Assembly (NCBI GenBank): GCA_963666315.2
Contig: CAXXHG010000043.1
Span: 224,001 to 288,000, forward strand
Reading direction: 5' to 3'
Source: Candidatus Binatia bacterium
GTDB taxonomy: Bacteria > Desulfobacterota > Binatia > Bin18
Length of the DNA stretch: 64,000 bases
Shown: positions 17,585-27,340 of the stretch, in pieces
Layout of the letters: each line of letters starts with the position of its first letter
Position numbering within the stretch: the stretch's first letter is position 1
Program-made: the position numbers and the translations under genes
The notes under the pieces: model-generated
What the model saw: the letters and a program-made list of their open reading frames with translations, nothing else
Databases searched by the model: none
Told to the model about the DNA's origin: nothing

Positions 17585-17747
17585 TGCGTCCTCCTTACTT
17601 GGATGGGCATGACTTGGATGTGCATGAGCTCATTTCATGACAGCCGGGGCAAGTTGGGTCAAGCTGGGTCAATGAGGGAAAGGAGAGCGCCGCCCTGTAA
17701 GAGGGCGCCGCCTGCACAGTCCCCCAGGCGGCCTAGCCCAACGACGG

Positions 17748-18124
17748 TCACAGGCTATACATCCGCGCGGCTTCACTCTGAAGTTGGTCTCGAAAATCAG
17801 GATGAGCAACAGCGATCAACTCCTGGAGGAGACCGGGACATAGTCGAGTTTTCCTTGGTGGAGCATGGGGTGCTCGCGGCGGCTGAGATACCACGACTCG
17901 AAGTGGAAGTACTCGTCCTGACCAGGCAGGTTCCAGTCAAACAGAGAGACCAGCGTATTGAGCCGCAGCCCCCGCAGTTCTTCCTTTTTCTCAACCAAAG
18001 CCCGACACAGGGTAAACGGCGTCTCGGTCAGACCAGCCGTAAAGACCCGGTCTGAGGGGTGAATGATTGCGAGCGCTCGGTCCGGACTCACGAGTTTGTC
18101 ACCACACATGGATTGCCAGGTCAT
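17748..18124 (-). pseudogene. Acetyl-CoA hydrolase/transferase remnant with large internal deletion
   Basis: N-terminus KLVSPDRALAIIHPSDRV...LDYVPVS joined out of frame to the C-terminus QELIAVAHPDFRDQLQSEAARMYSL*. Confidence 0.78.
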
Positions 18125-18159
18125 GGGGGTTTCCTTACTGCGTACTCCGTACGCCGTTT

Positions 18160-19128
18160 CTACGGAATCAGCACCAACTTGCCGACCGACTGACGCGACT
18201 CCATATGGCGATGCGCCTGAGCCGCCTCAGCGAGCGGGAAGGACTTACCGATGAGCAATTTGAGCTTGTCGTCGTCCATGAGTTGCAACGATTGCTGAAT
18301 GCCTTTTTTATGTACTCCCGGCATGGCCGAGACGGTGTATAAGAGGAATCCACTCACCTTGATTGATTTCTGAAAGAGCGAAAACAAATTCAGCGGGTCA
18401 GGTGCCCCACCAGCACGACCATACACAATCAGATGCCCAAATGGTGCCAGGCAGGTCAGCCCCTTCTCCAACGTCGGCTTACCAACCGCATCCAGAATCA
18501 GGTCAACGCCTTTGCCCTCAGTAAGCTTAAGCGCCTCTTCCGAAAAGTCATGGGTGGCGTAGTTGATGACCTCGTCAGCACCATATTCTTTGACCAGTGC
18601 GGCTTTCTCATCGCTTGAGACTGTCCCAATCACACGCGCGCCGGCGGCTTTCGCGATCTGGACGGCGACAATGCCCACCCCACCAGCCGCAGCGTGTACG
18701 ATGACAGTCTGGTCTGCAGTAATCGCATGCGAGGTGTGCAGCATATGGTAGGCGGTCAGGACCTGTATCGGAAAGGCCGCACCCTCTTCAAAGCTCACTG
18801 AGTCCGGCAAAAGTATAACCTGCTTTGCCGACATCAGGGAATATTCTGCGTAGGTTTTGATGCCAATAGCCGCCACACGATGGCCCGCTTTGATGCCTTG
18901 GACACCCTCACCAACGGCCTCAACAATCCCCGAGGCTTCCAGCCCTGGAATGTCCGGAAATTTGGGCTGCATGACGTATTCGCCTTGGCGGAAAAGCGTA
19001 TCCGCGAAGTTAATGCCAACGGCGTGATTCTTAATCAGCACCTTGCCTGGTCGAACCTCAGGGGTGGGCGCCTCGCCCAATGTCAGCACTTCCGGACCGC
19101 CTAGCTTATCAAACACAACGGCTTTCAT
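18160..19128 (-). CDS. NADPH:quinone oxidoreductase (MDR family)
   Basis: GGPEVL, GINFAD, HAAAGGVG, AHRHMESRQSVGKLVL. Confidence 0.9.
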   Translation of the reverse strand: MKAVVFDKLGGPEVLTLGEAPTPEVRPGKVLIKNHAVGINFADTLFRQGEYVMQPKFPDIPGLEASGIVEAVGEGVQGIKAGHRVAAIGIKTYAEYSLMSAKQVILLPDSVSFEEGAAFPIQVLTAYHMLHTSHAITADQTVIVHAAAGGVGIVAVQIAKAAGARVIGTVSSDEKAALVKEYGADEVINYATHDFSEEALKLTEGKGVDLILDAVGKPTLEKGLTCLAPFGHLIVYGRAGGAPDPLNLFSLFQKSIKVSGFLLYTVSAMPGVHKKGIQQSLQLMDDDKLKLLIGKSFPLAEAAQAHRHMESRQSVGKLVLIP

Positions 19129-19494
19129 ATCGCACTCCTTTTGTTGCACGGCTTTGTGAGCCGTTGTACCGCGCGGTTAGGGGTGAGGATAGGGTAGTTT
19201 GGGTGGAGAAGAACAAAAAGAGGCGCCGGTAGACGCAGTGAGCTTGCCGTCTTAGTTCCGTGCCTCCTCTCTACCATAAGCCACCGCCGAAGACTTGGGA
19301 GCTCGATACACCCCCGGGCTCACGCCCGCGGATCTGCTAAGGTACCATTAGACAACACGTACCTATGGCAACTCTTGATGAGGATACAAAAACGCTTTAC
19401 GAGCGCATTGCACGGATAGAAGCCCGCCTCGGACTTGACCCACCCGCAGAGAAAAACCACGAACACATAGGGGCGTGACACCAGAAAACCCCAA

Positions 19495-20160
19495 TTGCTC
19501 ATTACAGTACATATCGGGGAGGAAGCTCCCAATTTTACGGTGGAGACGACACAAGGAACGATGAATTTTCACGAGTGGATTGGGGATGGCTGGGCTATAT
19601 TGTTTTCCCACCCCAAGGATTTCACGCCGGTTTGTACCACTGAGCTCGGCTATATGGCTGGCCTCAAGCCGGAATTTGAGAAGCGTAACTGTTAGGTTAT
19701 CGGGCTGAGCATTGACCCCGTATCCGACCACACGGAATGGGTAAAAGATATCGAAGAGACTCAGGGCAATGCCGTAACCTATCCGCTGATTGGCGATACG
19801 GATCTCACCGTTGCCACGCTATACGACATGATCCACCCGAACGCGAGTGGGACAGCGCAGGGGCGTAGGGCGGTAGATAATGCAACGGTGCGCTCGGTCT
19901 TTGTTGTCGGTCCGGACAAGAAGATCAAACTCATCATCACCTATCCGATGAGCACGGGGCGGAACTTCGATGAAGTCCTGCGTGTGCTGGATTCCTGCCA
20001 GTTGACGGCACAGCACAAAGTCGCGACGCCGGTGAACTGGAAGCAGAGCGACGATGTGATCATCGTGCCTTCCGTTTCCGACGCCGAGGCGAAGGACAAA
20101 TATCCCGGGGGCTAGAAAGCACCAAAGCCGTACCTGCGGATTGTGCCGCAGCCGCATTAA
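19495..20160 (+). pseudogene. 1-Cys peroxiredoxin (Prx6) pseudogene
   Basis: FSHPKDFTPVCTTE; in-frame TAG at 19693 and 20113; continues to KPYLRIVPQPH*; no clear ATG. Confidence 0.85.
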
Positions 20161-20368
20161 CGGTACTGACTACTGGCGTGGACCAGGGGGGCGGGCGGTA
20201 AGCCATCCCTTCCTTTTTACGAGAAAATTCTACTAGAAGCGTATGGCTAATCCCTGATTTTCGCCGCGGTTGAGCCACCTCCTGTAGCACCGTATCGAAA
20301 CCGCACCTCTCTGTTGAAATGCGCCCGCTGGTCCGGGACGCTCCATGTAACCAACTGAGCGCGCGGGA

Positions 20369-21369
20369 CGCGGGACGGGAATGTCGGACCGGGTGGCGCA
20401 ACTGCCCACACTCGAGGAACGCATGGATGATGTCCGGGCGGTGATGGACGCGGCCGGCTCGGACCGCTTCTCTCGTTCTGTACGGGACGAGTGCGCGGTT
20501 CGCGTTGGACCCTGAGTGTCCGTGGGGCCTCACGGCCGCCCAAAATGAAAAATTCCTCCAACATATCGAAGAGGGATGGGGCCAAGGTGTTTCTGCGAAG
20601 GTTTTCGCGCGCAGTCGCGCAAACGACGAGGAGTTTGTCAAGTCGTGGGGGCGTTTCGAGCGTCTGTGCGTCAGCCCGGTTGTCCGGGTTCCCACACTAG
20701 TCGTGAGCCGGACGGGGGATCGGGCGGTCCCGGTGGAAGGCGGCCGGTACCTGACCGAGCATATTGGCGGAGCGAGTTTCGTTGAACTGCCGGGTGACGA
20801 CCACTTCCCCTGGATCGGAGATGTGGTTGCGCTGCTGGGCGAGGTCGAGGACTTTTCTCACGGGCGTCCGCCGCGGGCCGGATATTGATCGGGTGCTGGC
20901 CACGGTGCTGTTCACGGATATTGTCCGCTCGACCGAGCGGGCCGCTGAGCTCGGAGACCTGCAGTGGCGGGACCTGCTGGAACGCCACCATCGCGTGGTC
21001 CGGAGAGAATTGAGCCGCTTTCGCGGCCAGGAGATCGACACGGCTGGCGATGGCTTCTTTGCGACGTTTGACGGCCCGGCGCGGGGTGTCCGGTGCGCCC
21101 GCGCCATCTGCACTGCGGTCACGAGCCTGGGGCTCACGATTCGTGCCGGCCTCCACACTGGGGAATGTGAAGTGATAGGCGAGAAGGTCAGTGGGCTGGC
21201 CATCCATATTGGCGCGCGGGTGGTGGGAGAGGCGGCTCCGAGTGAGGTGCTCGTGTCCAATACGGTGAAAGATCTCGTGGTGGGGTCTGGTCGCCAGTTC
21301 ACCGATCGTGGGGTCCATGAGCTGAACGGCGTCCCTGGAGAGTGGCATCTCTTCGCCACAAAAGGCTGA
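20369..21369 (+). pseudogene. Alpha/beta hydrolase-class III adenylate/guanylate cyclase fusion (LipJ-like), degraded
   Basis: RGTGMSDR..LEERMDDVRAVMDAAGS, FVELPGDDH, frameshift ~20853, then RVLATVLFTDIV..GDGFFATF..GLHTGECE; several hydrolase segments missing. Confidence 0.8.
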
Positions 21370-21841
21370 GCGACTCAGCGAAGAGAACAACGCCTTTCTC
21401 CCTCCGCGATGGGGGGTGGATGATCGCTTTACTCCGTCGGCCCCTTACCGCTCCGTTCTGTCCATTTACCGTTGAACGGGTATTTACACAAGCCCACCCA
21501 ACATGCGGCGAACATTCAAGAGCCTTTGTCCAGCCCATTGGGTCGGTGCCGGTATGAAAATTTGAAGAGGAAAAATTCAGCGCCTGAAGAACTGGACCAG
21601 CCACGCCGGGTTGCGTTCGTGCGATGTCGGCCAAATATGGAAGCCGAATTTCCACAGCTCAAATGCGACCAAGACAACCTACCGAAAGCGCTAACGCTCA
21701 ACTGAAATTTTCTTTCCTAACAATTTAATTCCACTACTTTGTTGAGCAGAGCTACCAGCCAAGCTACCAATAAACTACCAACAAAGGATACCCCTTTGTG
21801 GCAAGAAACTAGGGAAGACCAAAACGAAAATAGGAGGGACG

Positions 21842-23242
21842 ATGACACAGGACGATGTGTGTTTTACCTCAGCAGTCGATCTTGCCGCGCTGATTCGGGA
21901 CAAAGATATCTCTCCGGTCGAAGTCACTGTGGCGTTTCTGTCACGCATTGAGCAGATCAATTCGCAGCTCACGGCTTATGTGACGGTGACAGCCGACCTC
22001 GCCCCTCAGGCAGCAAAAAAAGCAGAAGGCGCCGTCATGACGGGCGTTCCCCTCGGCCCGCTGCATGGGGTCCCGTTTTCGGTCAAAGACCTTATCTGGA
22101 CCAAAGACGTCAGAACGACTGCCGGCGCGCTCGTATATCGAGACTTTATCCCCGACGTAGATTCCATTGTTGTCTCCCGGCTGAAGGCGGCCGGCGGCAT
22201 TCTTTTGGGTAAAACCAATACTCCAGAGTTTGGCTATAAAGGCACAACTGAGAATCAAGTCTTTGCCGATACGCGAAATCCATGGGCGCTTGAACGAATG
22301 CCCGGCGGCTCCAGCGGCGGGGCTGGAGCCGCAACAGCCGCTGGACTTTCTCCTCTTTCCGTGGGGACTGATGGTGGGGGTTCGATCCGGATTCCGTCGA
22401 GCTTTAGTGGGATTTACGGTCTCAAGCCAACGTTTGGCCGGGTTCCCAGCGGGCCGGGGTTCGGTGGTTGGACATCGATATCACATACCGGTCCAATGAC
22501 GCGCACGGTTGCCGACGCCGCGCTCATGCTGGATGTGATTGCGCTGCCTGACGAGGCAGATAGATCGAGCATTCCCCAAGCGCCCGAGCCCTATTTCCAA
22601 GCGATTCAAACTCTGCCTCGCCAGCTCCGTATTGGCTGGACGCGGGACCTGGGGTATGCAGCGGTTGATCCACAGGTTGCCCAGGCCGTGGAACAGGCTG
22701 TTCTTGCCTTTCAAGACATGGGTTGGGAAGTTGAAGCGGCCCATCCAGGTTTTGATGATCCGACACCAATTTTCAACACAACCATCCGGGCTGAGAATTA
22801 CATGCTCGCAGGTGATCTCTTGTCCAAGCATGCCGATCTACTCGACCCTGGTATGCGGTCATTTACCCAGTCAGGTAGGGGTATTACTGCACTTGATTAT
22901 CTACGCAGCCATCAAAAGCGTGCGAAGCTGAGCCAACAATTGGCCACATTTTTTGACAGCTACGATCTGTTAGTCAGCCCGACTCTTGCCGTGCCGCCAT
23001 TCGTTATTGATACACGTCCGCAAGAGATCGGCGGACAGCCCGCCCAGCCTATGGGCTGGAATGCGTTTACCTATCCGTTTAATCTAACTGGCAATCCAGC
23101 CGCGAGCATTCCGTGTGGCTGGACGGCAGATGGACTCCCAATCGGTTTGCAAATCGTTGGTCGGCGGGTTGCCGATGCGCTAGTCTTGCAGGCCAGTGCA
23201 GCTTTTGAACGAGCGAGACCATGGCCGACCGGAGACCGCTGA
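21842..23242 (+). CDS. Amidase (amidase-signature family)
   Basis: GPLHGVPFSVKD, GKTNTPEFG, GGSSGG, GTDGGGSIRIP. Confidence 0.92.
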   Translation: MTQDDVCFTSAVDLAALIRDKDISPVEVTVAFLSRIEQINSQLTAYVTVTADLAPQAAKKAEGAVMTGVPLGPLHGVPFSVKDLIWTKDVRTTAGALVYRDFIPDVDSIVVSRLKAAGGILLGKTNTPEFGYKGTTENQVFADTRNPWALERMPGGSSGGAGAATAAGLSPLSVGTDGGGSIRIPSSFSGIYGLKPTFGRVPSGPGFGGWTSISHTGPMTRTVADAALMLDVIALPDEADRSSIPQAPEPYFQAIQTLPRQLRIGWTRDLGYAAVDPQVAQAVEQAVLAFQDMGWEVEAAHPGFDDPTPIFNTTIRAENYMLAGDLLSKHADLLDPGMRSFTQSGRGITALDYLRSHQKRAKLSQQLATFFDSYDLLVSPTLAVPPFVIDTRPQEIGGQPAQPMGWNAFTYPFNLTGNPAASIPCGWTADGLPIGLQIVGRRVADALVLQASAAFERARPWPTGDR

Positions 23243-23267
23243 TGCAGTAAGAAAAGGAGGAAAAACG

Positions 23268-24929
23268 ATGGGTACTGTTCGAGGAGAAGAACTGATTGCG
23301 CAAAGTTTCCAACGGGAAAACGTGGATACGTTTTTCTTTATGATGGGCGGCCCGACGAGCGGCACGGCAGCAGCCTGCCTTGATCTTGGTATGCGCGGCA
23401 TCTACGTCCGGCATGAACAAGCTGCGGCCATGATGGCCCATGCTTACGCGCGGGTAACAGGAAAACCGGGCATTTGTATCACCCCGTCCGGGCCGGGGAC
23501 AGCCAACGCCGTCACAGGGCTGGCGAACGCCTGGGCCGATGCAACCCCGATTATATCCATTGGTGGATCTGCTCCCATGCGGGCAACACTCCTGGATTCA
23601 TTTCAGGAGATGGACCAAGTCGCCATGATGAAACCGGTTGTGAAGGCCGCCTACCGCATTGATATGGCCCGTCGTGTTCCGGAGTATGTCAGCCTTGCCT
23701 TCCGTGAGGCTATGAATGGGAAGAAGGGGCCCGTCTACCTGGATTTACCGGGTGATATTCTGGCCGAAAAAGTCGATGCCGAAAAAATCTATTGGCCCGA
23801 AAATTATCGAGTCGAAAGCCGACCGGCTGGAGACCCGGCGCTCATCAAACAGAGCATTGAGCTGCTGGCTCAGGCCGAGAAACCCTTAGTTGTAACCGGC
23901 AGTGGGATACTCTGGTCCGGTGCGAATGCGGAGCTGCGTCAGTTTGTTGAAACAACCGGCATCCCCTTTTTCACCACGCCTCAAGGCCGGGGTGTCATTC
24001 CTGAAGATCACGCCTACGCTTTCCCTGCGGCCCGGTCGATGGCGTTTCGCGAGGCTGACGTCGTGCTGGTCATAGGCGCCCGGGCGAATTCCATGCTGTC
24101 GTTTCTGCGCGCTCCGCGTTTTTCTCCCAACGCGAAATTCATCAACGTCAACCTGGACGGCAGAGAGATCGGGCACAACCAGGGAATTGCCGTCGGCATC
24201 ATCGGCGACGCCAAACTTGTCTTGCAGCAGTTGACCGACGAGGCGAGCGGGAAATTCGACCCCAGCCAGGAGACGACCTGGGTCGCCCAGCTTGCCGTCA
24301 AGCAGCGCACCAATAGGGAACGCTCAGCCCCGCTCCTCCACTCAGACGCCACTCCGATACATCCGCTGCGTCTCTGCAATGAGGTGAAAGAGACGATCAG
24401 CCGCGATACCATTTTGGTGGTGGATGGGCATGAAATCCTGAACTTCGCCCGTCAGTCCATTCCGGTGTATGAGGCGGGAACCAATCTCAATGCCGGGCCA
24501 CACGGCTGTATGGGGATAGGAGTGCCCTTTGGTATTGGTGCCAAGGTTGCGTGTCCGGATAAACCCGTCTTAGTGCTGTCTGGTGATGGAGCATTTGGCT
24601 GGAACGGCATGGAGATGGATTCGGCCATTCGGCATGACATCCCTATTGTCGTTGTGGTCTCAAACAACGGCGGCTTCACATCGCGTCAGACCGGCTATAT
24701 GACTGCTGGGGACAGGGAAGGGCGGCAGAACGTCGGTCGCGATCTCGGTCATCAGCGCTATGACAAGATGGTCGAAGCACTGGGCGGCTACGGCGAGTAT
24801 GTCGAGAACCCAGACGACATCAAAGCCGCGATTGAGCGCGCGTTTGCCAGTGGCAAGCCGGCCTTGGTGAATGTCTGTACCGACCCGGACGCCCAGGCCA
24901 CAACCGATATGGGATTTAGCGGGTACTAA
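23268..24929 (+). CDS. TPP-dependent enzyme (2-hydroxyacyl-CoA lyase/oxalyl-CoA decarboxylase-like)
   Basis: RHEQAA, SGPG, GPVYLDLP, GDGAFGWNGME...NN. Confidence 0.85.
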   Translation: MGTVRGEELIAQSFQRENVDTFFFMMGGPTSGTAAACLDLGMRGIYVRHEQAAAMMAHAYARVTGKPGICITPSGPGTANAVTGLANAWADATPIISIGGSAPMRATLLDSFQEMDQVAMMKPVVKAAYRIDMARRVPEYVSLAFREAMNGKKGPVYLDLPGDILAEKVDAEKIYWPENYRVESRPAGDPALIKQSIELLAQAEKPLVVTGSGILWSGANAELRQFVETTGIPFFTTPQGRGVIPEDHAYAFPAARSMAFREADVVLVIGARANSMLSFLRAPRFSPNAKFINVNLDGREIGHNQGIAVGIIGDAKLVLQQLTDEASGKFDPSQETTWVAQLAVKQRTNRERSAPLLHSDATPIHPLRLCNEVKETISRDTILVVDGHEILNFARQSIPVYEAGTNLNAGPHGCMGIGVPFGIGAKVACPDKPVLVLSGDGAFGWNGMEMDSAIRHDIPIVVVVSNNGGFTSRQTGYMTAGDREGRQNVGRDLGHQRYDKMVEALGGYGEYVENPDDIKAAIERAFASGKPALVNVCTDPDAQATTDMGFSGY

Positions 24930-24948
24930 AAACAAAGAGACGCAGAGA

Positions 24949-24991
24949 CGGGGAGCCGGAAACAAGAGATTACTCTTCTCCGGCTCTCCTC
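24949..24991. terminator. Stem-loop after the TPP enzyme gene
   Basis: GGGAGCCGGA..AAGAG-ATTA-CTCTT..TCCGGCTCTCC. Confidence 0.4.
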
Positions 24992-25156
24992 CTCTTCGTG
25001 AAAGTGTAGCCAAAAAGCCTATTCTGGGCGTCTCCAGGCTGCACGGGCAGGGCAAATGATACCCAAGACTCTGGCAGAGGAGTGATACCTCATGGTATTC
25101 TCTTTTTCCTGCTATCCAGTCAAGTTCTCCAAGACGGTTCTGGAAAGGAACGGGGT

Positions 25157-25531
25157 ATGAAAAAAACACGGTGGTTCTCCCTGACTCTGATCATTCTTCT
25201 TGCCACGGCATGCGGTTCTGCCAAAACGCCAACTATTTCGATCCCATTTTTGAGTGCAAAACCCAAGACCGCGCCTATTCTCGCCAAACGTATGGAATTC
25301 TCTCGGTTCGAGTTGGACTGGGACGGCATGACACCGCTTGCCAGCCGCCCTAAGGAGGAGGTGAGAGAAAACCTGTTAACTAGTATTGAAAACGAATGTC
25401 CAAACTACCAGGTCGTGAACGAGGGCGAAAAGTCCGAAGAGAAGGCGGTGAACACGACAGCCTCGCAGCACAACGCTAAAATCATTCACAAGTATTACTG
25501 GATTCGGTATCGATGCGCAGGCAGCGGGTGA
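25157..25531 (+). CDS. Hypothetical lipoprotein
   Basis: MKKTRWF...LLATAC lipobox. Confidence 0.65.
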   Translation: MKKTRWFSLTLIILLATACGSAKTPTISIPFLSAKPKTAPILAKRMEFSRFELDWDGMTPLASRPKEEVRENLLTSIENECPNYQVVNEGEKSEEKAVNTTASQHNAKIIHKYYWIRYRCAGSG

Positions 25532-25657
25532 TTGTGTTGTAATGTCGTGAGGAATTTGCTTTGTAGAGAGAAGTATTCACACACGGGAAGGGGAGGTGTC
25601 ATATGGCATCTGTTAGCCCCCAATATTCCAAGATTTTTGGATTAAGAGAGGAAAACG

Positions 25658-25897
25658 ATGCGCGCTATTTTTGTGATGATGAAGGTCGAACCAGGCACCC
25701 TGGCCGAGGTAGCAGATCGCGTCACCGATTTAGAGAGCTTCTCCGAAGCATATTCAATATCCGGAGCCTATGATCTGCTGGTCAAGCTGTATGTTGACGA
25801 CTTTGAAGATCTGTCTCACTTAGTGACCGATAAAATCCAGAAAATCCCCCACGTTCGAGAGACCTTTACCATCCTCACCTTCCACGCCTTCAAGTAA
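25658..25897 (+). CDS. Stand-alone Lrp/AsnC ligand-binding domain protein
   Basis: EAYSISGAYDLLVK...IQKIPHVRETFT. Confidence 0.85.
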   Translation: MRAIFVMMKVEPGTLAEVADRVTDLESFSEAYSISGAYDLLVKLYVDDFEDLSHLVTDKIQKIPHVRETFTILTFHAFK

Positions 25898-25939
25898 AAC
25901 TGTGCGCTGCAGTTCCGGTTTGTCGGTTTGTCAATTTGT

Positions 25940-27094
25940 TTAGGTAACCCCATCCCCACGCAGTTGCTGAATCTCCTCCTCACCCAGCCCCAGGTCCTTC
26001 AGAATTTCGTCCGTATGCTCCCCTTTCTCCGGAGTTGGCGTACGCAGGCTGGCTGGAGTGCGGCTCAGTGTCACGGGTCGGCCAAGAAGCTGAATAGTCC
26101 CAAGCGTAGGATGTTCAATGGGATGCGCAAGGCCGAGATGCTGTACCTGTTCGTTCTCAAAAACTTGATCAATAGATAAAATCGGCCCGCACGGAACCCC
26201 AGCCGCATTGAGTTCAGCGATCCATTCGTCTGCGGTTTTGTCCTTGAGCTGCTCTTCGAGAAGCAGGCTGAGTTCATCCCGATTCTTGGACCGTCGGCCT
26301 GGGGAGGAAAAGCGCGCGTCTTCGGCTAAGGCTTCATCCCCCAGCACCACACACAGACGCTTCCACATATGGTTGGTCGTGGCAATATTAATGTAGCCGT
26401 CCTTCACCTTGAAAGTCCCGGTGGGGATGACGGTTGGGTGGTTATTGCCCGCCTGGGGGGGGATTTCCTTACCCATGAGCCAGCGGGTGGCTTGGAAGTC
26501 GAGCATGGACACCATCGCTTCTAACAGTGAGGTATGCACCCACTGACCTTCCCCGGATCGTTCCCGCTCTAAAAGCGCAACCAGGATACCCTGAGCGGCG
26601 AGGAGGCCGGCACTTAGGTCTGCCACAGGAATCCCGGCTCGCACCGGGCCACCGCCCGGCAAACCGGTAATACTCATCAGTCCACCCATGCCTTGGGCGA
26701 CCTGGTCATATCCTGGTCGGTCTTTGTATGGCCCAGTCTGCCCAAAGCCGGAGATGCTGGCATAGATGAGACGCGGATTGAGCGGTCGCAGGTCGGCGTA
26801 GTCTATGCCGAGACGCGTCTTCACATTGGGGCGGTAGTTCTCAACAAGGACGTCCGCTTTTTTCACCAGCTGTTTAAGAATCGCTTTCCCCCGCTCGTCC
26901 TTCAGGTCGAGTACCATGCTGCGCTTATTGCGGTGCAAGTTTTGGAAATCAAAACCGTGACGTCCCCATTCCCCATCGTCGGTGGGTTGCTCGACCTTAA
27001 TCACCTGGGCGCCCATATCGGCGAGCTGGCGTACACAGGTGGGCCCGGAGCGCGCGCGGGTCAGATCAATGACATGGATATGAGACAGCGGCAT
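25940..27094 (-). CDS. CaiB/BaiF class III CoA-transferase
   Basis: LADMGAQVIKVE, HRNKRSMVLDLK, ENYRP, SISGFGQTGP, GYD. Confidence 0.92.
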   Translation of the reverse strand: MPLSHIHVIDLTRARSGPTCVRQLADMGAQVIKVEQPTDDGEWGRHGFDFQNLHRNKRSMVLDLKDERGKAILKQLVKKADVLVENYRPNVKTRLGIDYADLRPLNPRLIYASISGFGQTGPYKDRPGYDQVAQGMGGLMSITGLPGGGPVRAGIPVADLSAGLLAAQGILVALLERERSGEGQWVHTSLLEAMVSMLDFQATRWLMGKEIPPQAGNNHPTVIPTGTFKVKDGYINIATTNHMWKRLCVVLGDEALAEDARFSSPGRRSKNRDELSLLLEEQLKDKTADEWIAELNAAGVPCGPILSIDQVFENEQVQHLGLAHPIEHPTLGTIQLLGRPVTLSRTPASLRTPTPEKGEHTDEILKDLGLGEEEIQQLRGDGVT

Positions 27095-27340
27095 GAACAG
27101 GCTCCTTTCCAAATGCGATCAGATATACGCAACAGCACTTCTATTCTTGATGCTTTTAAAAGAAAAGGGCTGGCGTTCTCCCTGCCTTCTCCCTACTGCC
27201 TTAACGCAGCCCAAGTTTCTTCATGAGCCGCGACAAGTTGGATTGGGGCAAACCGATTCAGAACAACAGCCCACTCTCCAACATACTTCTAGACAAAGAC
27301 AGCCCATTCATGTCATGTAGACTCCAATAAGGAGGCTGTC

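Noticed and set aside
17060-18055. 331-aa + strand ORF
   Set aside because: Antisense to the LLM oxidoreductase and the CoA-transferase remnant; no protein-family features.
19495-20160. TAG recoding (pyrrolysine or alternative code) suggested by in-frame TAGs in Prx and hicA
   Set aside because: The TAGs fall at positions expected to be different residues (likely Lys, Trp, Gln), hicA also has a TAA, and TAG ends normal genes in this window; ordinary nonsense mutations fit better.
25603-25773. Small ORF with a strong GGAGGT RBS overlapping the Lrp-domain gene
   Set aside because: No recognisable content; may be the start of a deleted gene but cannot be supported.
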